Below are positions 38,238 through 50,068 of a stretch of 64,000 nt of DNA, in pieces. A program made the translations under genes and the position numbers. Every line of letters begins with the position of its first letter. Position 1 is the stretch's first letter. Origin of the DNA: Nageia nagi (Eukaryota > Plantae > Pinophyta). The notes under the pieces were generated by a model. That model searched no databases and was not told where the DNA came from. It saw only the letters and a program-made list of their open reading frames with translations. The stretch covers positions 125,984,001-126,048,000 of the forward strand of contig JBITNC010000001.1 of the NCBI GenBank assembly GCA_050084985.1. Direction: 5' to 3'.

Positions 38238-39750
38238 TAATTTAAGTTGTAAAACATTTAAATATATTTATTTGTTGAATAATTATATAATTACAAATAT
38301 AGAGGAAATATACATTACAATACACTAAATTATTAAAAATTAGGTAAAAAGATTTTTCCATTTTTTATATTGCACCCCAAGTTGATAATAAATATAATTT
38401 AAAATAATAAATTTAAAAGTCTAAAGTCTAAAATTTAAAGTCATTTTTTTGTAAAATAATTTTATTTTGAATCAATGATATTTACTATCATAATGTTATA
38501 AAATATATGGGCTAAAGTATAACTAGAAAAAAACTTATGATTCATGGGAAAAAAAATTACATAAAAAAATAATAAAAAATTAAAAATAACTAATAAATAT
38601 AAATGAATTCAAAAATAAGTAAATTTGAAATAACTAAAATATAAAATCTAATTTAATTTTTTAGGCAATATAGCTTTTACTTATTATCACAACTTTACTA
38701 AAAGTAAAAATATAATTATGTCGAGAGGTGTTTCTACAACTGCAACATGGGGGGTGGAGTGGGGGAGCAAAATGTCGCATGTGAGTCCGTCTATTAAATA
38801 ATTGGTGAGAAAATAATTTTTTTAAAATTAAAATTATATAGCCGACTGAAATATTAAAAGACACATCTTTTCAAAAATTATTATATAAATGGAAGGAAGA
38901 ATATCAAACATCATAAAAATTCATTCCCAAATCAATCGAGAGATGCAGTGAATTCGAACAAGCAAAGTTGGAACAAAAGATTGTAAAAACAAATGAGAAC
39001 TTTAATTTTATTGTAAGTTAATTCTCTGCTATTGTAAATATATTTTTATTAGTAATATTTCTTATTTCTTATTTTACATACAATTTATACTTTGAATTCT
39101 TTTGCACTTCTTATCTTGCTGTTCGCATAAAACTTTATCAAAAAATGCTCTGAATTCACAAAGTTTTACATGTCTTGGTCTAACATATTCATTGTTGATG
39201 CCTTCTTTTCATTAGAAAGTTATTCAATAAAATCAACACAAGATCATAAAATCCCCATTATACAAAATTAATTTAGTTTATATTGTTTCCATCACATTTC
39301 ATGGTTTTCAATTTGCCATGCATCTCCACCATGCAGTGCCAATGCACTTCTACTTTGATATTTGAATAAGTAGATTGATATTTATACTTTAACAGAGTCA
39401 ATATAGTCATCCATAACATTATTTTATATGGTTGTCATTACATGTAGTGAATCCACATTATTGCCATAGTTTTTTGCTAAGCTCGGTAAACCTCTTGTCG
39501 AAAACTATTATGTATACGTTCTGTCATAATATTATAATTTTATGGTATAAGAAAAAAATATTATAGGTATAATAAAAAAATATAACTAAAAAATTTCAAA
39601 AATATTTAAGAGGATGAAAAAATACATAAATTTTATTTAAGAGAAGAAAGAACACAAGTTCAGTCTCTCCAGTTCATACTTACAAAGAATGGTGAGGGCC
39701 ATGCCCAATGTTCTTTCTTTTATTAGCTGTGAAGATACATCATAAGCAAC

Positions 39751-39867
39751 AAGATCTAAATGATCTTATGCTATGATGGCAGAGTTGTCTCCTCATCTCC
39801 ACATTTATCGTTTCACATGTTAAAAAGATCCAAATGATCTTATGCTATGATGGCAGAGTTGTCTCCT
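39751..39867. repeat. 43-bp direct repeat, two copies
   Basis: aagatc(t/c)aaatgatcttatgctatgatggcagagttgtctcct at 39751 and 39825. Confidence 0.9.
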
Positions 39868-40094
39868 GATAAGGATGACAAATGTTTGGTTTCCTTAGAT
39901 ATTTTATGTAATTACATTTTATTGAATAATAGACGATGATATCATGAATCTTAATAATAATCTTAGGATGTGTTCAACAATAGTTATTAGAAAATAATAA
40001 TTATTTAAGTATATTAATGGTTGAAAATTATGTAAATATCTTTAAGTTGTTATTTAAATAAATATAATGATGTATTCTCTTATGTTTTTGTAGT

Positions 40095-42453
40095 AAATTT
40101 GTGACAAAGATAATGAATACTGAAGAGCAAAGAGAACAACAGAGATTAGAACAACATAGACAATATCATAGAGATTATAATAGACAACGACGTGAAAGAA
40201 TGACTGAAAGTGACAAACAGAGAGAAAGACAAAGACAAAGAGAAAATCGAGCAAAATGTAGGGTAGAAATGATAAATGAACAAAAATAATGACAAAGAGC
40301 AATCGATTCTGAATGAAAGAAACAAACTCATGCTAATATGTCCAATGAAGAACATGAAGAACAAAGAGCAATACACACTCAACAAATGAGAGAAACACAT
40401 GCAAAAATATCAGAAGATCAAAGAGAAGAAGCACACCAAAGATATATGGAACAACAAACAACAAACCAAGAAAATCAAATGCAATTTCAACTTGAGGAGA
40501 TTAGGAGAAAACATGCAAATGACCGTCGACTTCAGTGTGCTAGATGAGTTGAGGAAGATAGTCAAATAGAGGAAAGAATACATCGTAATAATGTTGATGA
40601 TAATGTAAGTGTTTCCGATGCATCCTCTTTTTTTGAAAGAAATGCTTGAAATATAATTGTGGTGAGACAAACATAATATGAAGCAATTGAAATGGGAGAG
40701 ACACCTCCAACACATTGTTTAAGAGAAGGAAATGTAGAAGGTTTACAAATGAATGCAAATCAAACAAATCATAATAGAACATATGGACATACTAATACAA
40801 ATATTCAAATAGATTTCAAAGAAATGCAAACCTTATTTCAAAGTCAACTACAAAAACTTACATCACCATCGATGTGTTACATTTGCCAAGAATCTTATCC
40901 TGGAATGAAGGTGTTATCTACTACTGAAGGTCCGACATGTAATAGATGTAAACAAGAGAAAATTCTTCCTCATCGATTTTCTTCCTCAAATCACATGGAT
41001 CCTGGATCACAACCATCAGAACTATCAAACTTAACACAAATTGAAGAAATGTTGACAACACGTGTCAATCCAATATTACAAGTAACACATGCTATCAGAG
41101 GCCAATATAAGTACAAAGAGCATACAATTAGCTTTCCACAAGAAGTGAAACAAATTGCGAAGGTACTACCTCATCCTATAAATGAATTACCAATCATTAT
41201 TGTTCAAAGAAGAGATCAACGTCGTACAAATTATAATTTCACAGTAAATAAAGAGAGGGTCTTTAAAGCTTTGAAGTATAAGATAGAAAATGATAAGTTT
41301 TATAAGGATGTGCAAATTAATGAAGATGTTCTAAGAGATCTCCCAGCTAATACAGATACAAACATATTTAACATTCTAAACTCTGTTCATATGGAGTTTA
41401 ATTCTGATATGAATGAATATGTAGTAATGGGTCCAACAATTGAGATGGATGAAGGAAATGTCATTAATCACACAACATTTATGGCCTGTAAACCACCCAA
41501 TGCACCAAGGGAGATGGAATTAATTCGTACATGGGTCAACAACCCTAATGTAGAACCAATAACACTCATTGATTGGCCTAGAATTGGAGCATCTCCTATA
41601 AATGAGTATATTACAGAAGGGTTGCTTGATATGGCATTTCCAACATTATTCCCAAATGGAAACTATGATTGGATAGAACCAAGAAATAGAAAAGTTTATC
41701 TTCATGAATTTGCAAAACATTTATTACGATATAGAGATCATCATTTTGGAAAGCATTCAAGATTTAGGTATTTCATTATGAACATGATAATGAGACACCG
41801 TGCTCAGAATTCTTCAGCAATGTTTGCGAAGAAAAGTCTTCAAGATTTGCCAACTACAATCCATGAATTGCGAAAACACATGGATAATATTCCCTAATCA
41901 CATTTAGCAGATCATTTAATGCATTTTGGCTCTACATTAAGAGGCACAAGATCTTATTGGATGAAGAGTCATGCTGAATTAAGTGATTTATTACATCAAA
42001 TTGGATCTCCAACCATTTTTTTCACTTTAAGTGTAGCTGATATGTATTGGCCTGACCTTCATGCTTTGATGCCAGGAACATCGCCATCTGATTCAAGAGA
42101 ATCACAAAAATGGCAAAGATAAAATATTATTGATTACCCACATATTGTAGCTCATTACATGCATCTACAAAATATAATTTTTCATAAAGAGGTATTGCAA
42201 AAATGAATGAAAGTCAAAGAATATTGGTGTAGATATGAATGGCAACATAGGGGATCTCCACATGTGCATGGTTTTCTATGGATAGAGGGAGCTCTAAACA
42301 TGGATAATTTAGATTGGACAAGTGAAGAACAAGTGAAAAAAGCACAAACATATTTTGATAATATTGTGCATGCATGGAATCCTCGAGGAGACCCACATCA
42401 ACGAAATATACAGGTATGCATAAAGTATCTATTTTTTTAATTTTATGTTTTAA

Positions 42454-42519
<66 letters not shown>

Positions 42520-45340
42520 TAACCATTGTATATATTTCATAGCTTCTTCAAAATATTAATCAACACCCATGTTTGAGGAATACACGTTAACTTGATCAAG
42601 TAGACTTAGATCTTGATTATGAAGAGATTCTCAATTGTGTTGAGCATCACACTGTATGTAGAGAAGGTGCATGCTTACGCAAGAAAAGAGGAAAGATGGT
42701 TTGTAGGTAAATACTTATGACTACTTATATATATTTATAATTTTAAATTCATCATCCTTTATGTTAAACTAATTTTTCTTTTTATAGGTATAATGCACCA
42801 TGGCCTTTATCTTTAGATGGCTCCAAATTATATGAAGATCTAGAAACCAAAGATAAAAAGTATGAACCAATAAGAAATGATGATCGAGTCAATACATATA
42901 ATCGACATATATTACAATTATGGAGAGCAAATGTAGATTGGCAACCTGTTCTATCAAAGCATGCTGTTATCAATTATATTGCTAAATATGCTGCTAAGGC
43001 TGAGAAAAGTTTAAAAACCTATCAAGAAATGTTGATGCGAATTACAAATTTAGAAAATGATGATGATTTAGCAACAAGAGCATATAGGCATCTTCTAACT
43101 GAAATAATTATTGAGAGAGATATAGGAGCACAAGAAACATGTCATATGTTATTAGAGCTTCCATTGGTTGAATGTAGTAGAGCTTTTATTTCTCTAAATG
43201 TTGGACAAAAAGTTTTCAAGGAGGTGGAAAATATTGATGAAGAAGAAACAGAAAGAAATGGTAAGTCTTTAATTGATGGATGTATTCAATGACCATGTAT
43301 GATGGAAACTATCTCACTTATTGATGCAGCTAGATCATGTACATATAATCCAAGATGAAGAAGTGAGTTGAAATGGAGCACTAGAAAAAATGCAGCTATT
43401 ATGAGGGCATGGCCACGTTTTACAACCATTTTCGAAAAAGAATCAAAAAAATTTATTGAATTTTGTTGGTCAGAGTTGTTACTTTACAAGCCATTTAGAA
43501 ATATAGAAAGAGATATCGGGGTTGATGATAGCACAATCATAACAAATTACGAGGCATTCAACTATAGGCCTTGGCATATTGAGAGAATGAATAATATCCA
43601 AAATACAGAACAAGAACATCACAATGATTCCAAAGATGATGATGAACGAACAATTCATCAGAACACTATAGAGAATGAATGGGAAATTATAGCCCAATTA
43701 CATCATGGAAATCACTTTACAAGGACAAAAATAGATATGCTTGGTAGAAGGGATGTTGATAGACAAGCACAATGGCATAATGAATATATATCAGAAGAAT
43801 ACACAAAGAAAGTAATAAATTGGATAACCAAAATGAAATAAAATGGTGCATTTATTGATGATGATGCCCCTTTAAATTACCTATATGAGAGCCTTAGCAT
43901 GAAACAAAAATAAGCATATGATATAATAATGACACATTATAATCAGGAACAACATATAGACCCTTTATATATGATAATTCAAGGAACAACAGGAACAAGA
44001 AAATTGTATCTAATTGGAGCACTTCATCAAGCATTTCAAGACTTACCATCTATAAAACATTCTCCCCTTCTTTTACTTGCACCTATTGGAGTTGCTGCAT
44101 TCAACATTGGTGCCACTACAATCCATGGAGCACTTCGAATTCCTATCACAGACTTTGATAAATTAGAGGGATCAAGATTAAATACTTTTCAAGAAGATAT
44201 GAAACATGTAAAATATATATTGATTGATGAAATGAGCTTCATAGGGCAGAAAATGTTGGAACACATAGATTATCGCCTTCGAGAAGGTTTTTCAGAAAAA
44301 TCAAATATATGTTTTGGAGGTAGGTCAATCATTTTAGTAGGTGATTTAGGACAGTTACCACCTGTTATGGATAGACCACCATATGCCACTGATAGACATG
44401 CAAGATTATTATGGCAAAAGTTCACAACTGTTATAACATTAGATAGAGTATTTCGACAAGAAGGAGAGAGTGAAGATCAAAAAAGGTTTCGTCAACTTTT
44501 AATTAATTTAAGAGATGCAAATCCAACTGAAGATGATTGGAAATTATTGATGACAAAAACAAATTCAAATCTAGATCCGGCTACAAGGGATGATCTTGAT
44601 CAGAATATTCATCTATTTGCAACTAATGAAAATGTGCATAATCATAACAGGTATGAATTTATTTTAAATAAATCCATTTTTTTGAATTTTGAATTACTTG
44701 TTAAATTTTGATATAATATTAATATATTTCTAACTAATGAAATATTTTTTATCATAATAGGTTACAACTACTCAAGTTAAATTTTCCAGTAGCACGTAGT
44801 ATTGCAACAAAATCAGGGAGCACAAAACAAGGAGGGGGTGATAGTGAAGAGCTTGAAATTGAGTTATTAATTACAAATAATGCAAGAGTTATGCTAACAT
44901 CTAACTTATGGATAGAAGCTAGACTTGTTAATGGTGCTTTGGGATGTGTTAGAAAAATTGTATACAAACCAGGGAATTCTCCACCTGATCTACCAACATA
45001 TTTTATGGTAGAATTTGATCATTTTATAGGATGTTCACTTGAAGGTAAAGCTGTTCCAATTATACCTATAGAAAGAGGTCGAACATGTCAACTTCCATTA
45101 CGATTGGCTTGGGGCTTAACAATACATATATCACAAGGTTTGACACTTAATAAAGCAACAATAGATATTGGAGAAAGGGAAAGGCAAGGTTTAACATTTG
45201 TTGCTATATCTCGCATCAAAGCATTGGATGAATTTAGAATTTTAGCACCGTTTCCATATGATCGTTATGCAAAATTGAAATCAGGAAAAGGAGTTGTGCA
45301 AAGGAAAGCTGAAGAAGAAAGACTCAAATCTTTGGAGTAG
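40095..45340 (+). pseudogene. Helitron Rep/PIF1 helicase transposase pseudogene, ~1640 codons; exons 40095-42413, 42543-42706, 42788-44650, 44761-45340
   Basis: R/E/Q-rich coiled coil; CxxC...CxxC; DUF6570-like LTQIEEML...GQYKYK; AFPTLFPNG; PTIFFTLSVAD; HUH motif RYEWQHRGSPHVHG; Y2 motif YIAKYAAKAE; PIF1 motifs (degenerate Walker A GTTGTRK, LIDEMS, GDLGQLPPV, FRQ, TIHISQGLTL). Three GT-AG introns restore a single frame that contains 13 in-frame stops. Confidence 0.93.
42457..42514. repeat. (TA)n microsatellite inside RepHel intron 42414-42542
   Basis: Directly visible. Confidence 0.95.
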
Positions 45341-45521
45341 CCAAAAATCAATATTACTATGATTAATTTTGAAATTTTTTAAATCTTACTCAATATTATT
45401 TGTCAATGACTCCTTATGTATGAGTCATATTCATTTGTTAAACATTATTCTTAAAATAATATTTGCATTTGTATTGTATCTCTTAATATTATAATTCAAT
45501 AATCACACGACGATGGATGCC

Positions 45522-45679
45522 ACTAGCTTTGATATAACCCCTTATATATCAAAAAATGCCGAGAGATATCATTTCGAGGCACCTATCTCATTTCTTGGTA
45601 TTGCTATATCCAAGATAGGCGTCTCGAAATGATATCTCTTGGCGTTTTTTGATATATAAGGGGTTATATCAAAGCTAGT
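45522..45679. repeat. 158-bp palindrome (67-bp arms, 63/67 matches, 24-nt loop); candidate Helitron 3' terminus or MITE-like unit
   Basis: Arms 45522-45588 and 45613-45679: ACTAGCTTTGATATAACCCC...GGGGTTATATCAAAGCTAGT. Confidence 0.95.
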
Positions 45680-46013
45680 TATAAAAACATTAAATTTGAT
45701 AAAATAAACTTTACTAATGATATAAATATAGTTAAACAAACATCAAATTTGATAAAAATAATTAAAACAGTATTAATTGAAGTACATAAAGAAATTCACA
45801 AACGCTGCCAACAGAGAGTATCATATTGCAAAGTGTAAACTGAGAATACTGCTAACATAAAGTGCAACCAAATCTCATCGTTAATGTTATCTGAAACTTG
45901 TATTTTATTTTATAAATATATTTTCTTTCCACATTAACAATGACTCAAAAAAAGTTTTATTATATTAGTCATATTAATATGATACGTTAGAAATTTAATG
46001 TTCTGCAATAGTA

Positions 46014-46143
46014 CCATTCAAAGACTTTTTGCACCCTCCAAATACATTACAATGACAAGCATGGTATCAAGCACTTTCTGTGCAGGAAGTGCAACAAGTC
46101 TTTTGCTGTGAAAGGTGACTTGTGAACACATGAAAAGAACTGT
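46014..46143 (+). pseudogene. Orphan fragment of a WIP-family (TT1/NTT-like) C2H2 zinc-finger gene
   Basis: Reads [42 protein letters not shown] against the WIP consensus [43 protein letters not shown]; one frameshift and one stop. Confidence 0.85.
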
Positions 46144-46432
46144 GACTCAAGAAGTAGCTGATAGCTGTTCTATTGAAGTGGAAGAAGACCAGCCTTCTCT
46201 ATATGTATTGATTTTATCGAAAATTAAAAACAGATTGTAATTTTAAGTCAATTACAACTCATTATTTTTAATGTTGTTTTAGGGACATTTGTGTCCTCAC
46301 CCTGATTACCATTGTTAGACGCCTCTGTAATTATATAAACCATAAACTAAATACCAACCATTAAAGTTTTGGTTGTACAAATGAGATGATAGATGGGATG
46401 AATAAAAGAATAAATAAAACCTTACATGTCCA

Positions 46433-49138
46433 TCAGATTTGATGGCTGATCATGTCCTCTAATCTAAAAAGCCGATGATTTGAAACGACTGAGAACTTTT
46501 GAAATCGGTAAACTCCAATTGAGGGTCGAACTTCGGGGCCTAGCACCATATTTCTTAGTGTGTCCGATCCAGTAATGAGAGAGATTGTCACACCAAATCC
46601 AATGCAAAATCCCAATGCAAGACCAATCACTGAGATGCTTTCATCCACCCTCTCCCACACTGACCACCATGACTCCTCCACAGTACGAGGCTTTGCTGGT
46701 TTGTGCTTGTTTTCTCTGCATCTGGGTAAAGGCTATCCGTACAAACCCTGATTATCTTAGAACGCATTTTTGTTGAACGTGCCAAATTGAGCTCCACTGG
46801 GTATGGCTCCAAAAAGCCTGTTTGATGAAACATCCAGGTATGGCAACTTGGACAAGTTAGAAAGATCCTCCTGAATGCGCTCTGTAAGCTTATTGTGAGA
46901 CAAGTCCAACTGCTCCAAAGTGGAAAGCAGCCCAATGGATGGCGGTATCTTCCCTTCTAATTGGTTTCTTGAAAGATTTACCAAGGGCAGGCTGCTAAGG
47001 CATCCTATGCTTGCCGGTATTTCACCTGTGAGATTATTGCCTGACAAGTCAAGTATGGTGTTTGCTTCCATAACATAATCAATACCGTACTCCTTGCCTT
47101 TGATAATAACTCTCACATCCTCGTAGAGGGTGTTACCACTGAGTTGGGGATCTCCAAGGATTCCAAACCCACTAAGACGCTCCAGATGATCGCATATTCT
47201 TCCTCGCAATCTATTGTTGGACAAATCCAGGACTTGAAGGTGGGTGAGATTGGTAATCCATGGAGGAATACTGCCTTGAAGCATATTATTCCCTAGAATT
47301 AAGATTCTCAAATCCTTAAAATATGCCAAGCAGGAAGGAAGCTCACCTGTCAATCTATTTTTTCTCAAATCCAAAAGCTGGATCTGTGAACAATTGGCCA
47401 AGGAGTGAGGAAGATTCCCAGACAACTTTAGGTTCTTCAGAGAACTACAGTTGCCAAGCGAAGCCGGAATTCTGCCTGACAAAATATTATCTTTCAGTAT
47501 CAAATCTGTCAAACGCTTACAGTTGCCTATTGATTCTGGAATCTCTCCATTGAGCATGTTCTGGGACAAAACTAACTTTTTCAGTTCAGTGCATTTACCA
47601 ATATCCTCAGGAATGCTTCCGGTCAACTTGTTATCCAAAATGTCCAAATACTGCAAGGAGCCCAGACCGCCTATGGTTTCTGGAATAATCCCAGATATAT
47701 TATTGCCCAAGAGCAAAAGCCAAGTAAGATTTTTGAGTTCACCTATTCTTTGTGGTATAGATCCACTCAATCTATTGAAATTCATACTCGAGTTCTTCAT
47801 GTTATGGAGATTCCCTATGTCCTCCGGAATCGTACCTCTCAAAATGTGATGGTCAAGATAAAGTGTCTCAAGCTTGCTCAAGTTGCCTATACTTTCGGGT
47901 ATGGTACCGGTAAGTCTATTTGCGCAAAAATTCAAAATGGTTAACTCTGTAAGCTTTCCAATATCTTCGGGAATGGTTCCAGTGAAATTGTTTACGGCAA
48001 GATTTAGGTGGTAAAGGTTGGTCAAATTCATCAAGATTGCATTTGGTAGCCTCTCTTCAATACTAATATTGTATAAAGAAAGAAAGGAAATGGGAAGGCG
48101 GGAAATACTTGTAGGGAGCCACCTTCTAACACTGTTAAATGATAAGTTCAGCAAATGAAGATTGCCACAATTACCAATTTCAGGAGGAACAGATCCTGTG
48201 AGATTCCCGGGACCATGGAGGGATAACATAAAAAGTTGTTTTAATTTTCCTAATTCAGGAGGTATTTTTCCATACAGTAAGTTTTCTCCAAGAACTAATT
48301 CTTGGAGAGAAGAACAATTACCGACTGCTGAAGGGATTTGGCTTTCTAACCTGTTTGATTGTAGATAGAGTCTCTCTAGTTTCTTAAGCCTACCAAATTT
48401 TGACGGAATGCTTCCTGTCAAGCTGTTATGGCCCAGACTCAGACTTACCAGAGACGTGCAGTTGCTCAGAGAAGCGGGAATGCTTCCTATCAAATCATTG
48501 TATGGCAAGCGGAGGTGCTGTAAGTCTTGCAGCTGACCGAATTCCAGTGGTATGCTCCCACTCAATTTGTTCAATGAGAATCTGATCCACTGAAGATGTT
48601 TGCAAATAGTCAGAGATTTGGGTATCTGACCCATAGATAGGTTCTTCTTGAGGTTCAACACCCTCAATGCTTTGAGCTGTCCCAACTGTGGTGGAATATT
48701 TCCTGTGAAATAATTGAAGGAGAGATCCAAAGTGTGCAGTAAGGATAAATCTCCCAAAGAAGGAGAAATTGTACCTTGCAATTGGAGATCGGGGAGGATG
48801 ATGGCAACCACTCTTTTAGTATGTTTTCTGCACCAAACACCCGTCCACGAGCACACCTCACTCGAATTGTTTGCAGTCCAAGTGGAGAGCGCCTGCAGTG
48901 GATCCGACTTAATGGTGTTTCGGAAGGATATGAGAGATTCAATATCCCTCCTATCAACCGAACTGTCTTCTGAAATCAGCATACGCTCATTTTGGATGGA
49001 AAAGTTTCGAAAATATGTACGGTTTGCAGTGGTAGTATCAGTTATTACGAACGCCATAGGATAAGCTAAGCCCAGAAACATCATCATTATTAACACACCA
49101 CCCATTTCCCTCCTTGCCATTTTAAGATGTGGAAACAT
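46433..49138 (-). pseudogene. LRR-RLP paralogue RLP3: 793-aa ectodomain ORF (46757-49138), premature stops, TM remnant in the same frame
   Basis: High identity to RLP1; TAA at 46757-46759 and TAG at 46733-46735 precede the TM-encoding ORF 46433-46681; the original stop is lost; 84-bp in-frame deletion near 47425. Confidence 0.9.
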
Positions 49139-49390
49139 GCTAGAGCCCTCGACATTTAAAGGATGTATAAGGTGGAGAAAAATTTAAAATTTTTCTGTTA
49201 AGTCAAGTGAAATTCATTATCTTTCATGGCGGTCCAAGGATGATCAATGTTTGCGTAGAATGTGGCGTATAGTGCAAGTCGAGCAACATTCATACGTTGG
49301 AAAGGATAGTCAATGATCCAATAGATTGTCGAGTTGCAGGGATAGTCGTGATCCAAGGATATTAAATTTTATTCATACCATCTAATGTTT
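49139..49390 (-). promoter_or_regulatory. RLP3 promoter, equal to the RLP1 promoter minus a ~330-bp segment
   Basis: ttatctttcat|ggcggtccaagg joins RLP1 position 12221 to 12552 through CAT microhomology. Confidence 0.8.
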
Positions 49391-49525
49391 CCGAATTCTG
49401 ATGTCACATCTCTCCACTTCACACGTCTTCTCCTTCCGTAATTTTTTTCATTAAATATAAACATTCTCTTTTACATTCATTGAAATACATTAAAAATATA
49501 ATAAAATTATCTTTTTAAATGAATT

Positions 49526-49529
<4 letters not shown>

Positions 49530-49583
<54 letters not shown>

Positions 49584-49600
49584 TATAGAGATAGAGATAT
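49530..49600. repeat. Compound (TA)n(GA)n microsatellite
   Basis: Directly visible. Confidence 0.95.
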
Positions 49601-49980
49601 GAATGTTTTAAAAAAAAATGAATTTATAATTTTTTCTATTAATTAATATATATTATGGTAATTAAAAATATGTGTTTTATGTGGTGGTTTGAAGAAAAAA
49701 TTAGTTGCAAAAAATATGTCTAAAAAATTTAAAAATATTTAAAATAAGCATCAAATTTTAATGAAAAATAACATTTAAATTGAATCTTATTGTATTATGG
49801 AGTATAGTTTGAGGTTATGTTAATCTTTTGAGTAAATAAAGAAATAAAGTAAATAAGTTTTGCCTAATTCTATTCATATACAAAATTATAAGTATTTTAT
49901 GTTTATTTTTTATAATAAATTCTAAGTTAATTAGTACAATAAATTAGTATCATTTGTTTGATGTCCTAATCTAAGTACTT

Positions 49981-50068
49981 ACACACCCCCACAGGTTGGA
50001 ACCCAAGACCTTGCTGATGTACCATCACTAGGCACTAGGTCCCACTGCTACGCAGCCCCACTATGGCT
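49981..50068 (-). mobile_element. tRNA-derived SINE head
   Basis: GC-rich island; minus strand reads ggggctgcgTAGCAGTGG (A-box-like)...GGTTCCAACC (B-box-like); does not fold into a complete tRNA. Confidence 0.6.

Larger units (their letters stand above)
38700..45678 (+). mobile_element. Helitron-like rolling-circle transposon (HLE2 / Helitron2-type Rep-helicase); 5' boundary uncertain
   Basis: RepHel pseudogene, an upstream TATA (tatataaat ~38882) with a GTAAGT donor (~39013), and a putative 3' terminal palindrome ending CTAG followed by T at 45678/45679. Confidence 0.8.

Noticed and set aside
38518-38526. TATAACTAG as an inverted match to CTAGTTATA at 45675-45683 (possible 5' TIR of the Helitron)
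   Set aside because: Only 9 bp in very AT-rich DNA, and it does not extend inward; could be chance.
42214-42559. ORFs with poly-IY tracts
   Set aside because: Translation of an intronic (TA)n microsatellite.
49981-50068. Possible tRNA gene
   Set aside because: A/B-box-like motifs are present but there is no consistent cloverleaf or anticodon arm; better explained as a SINE head.
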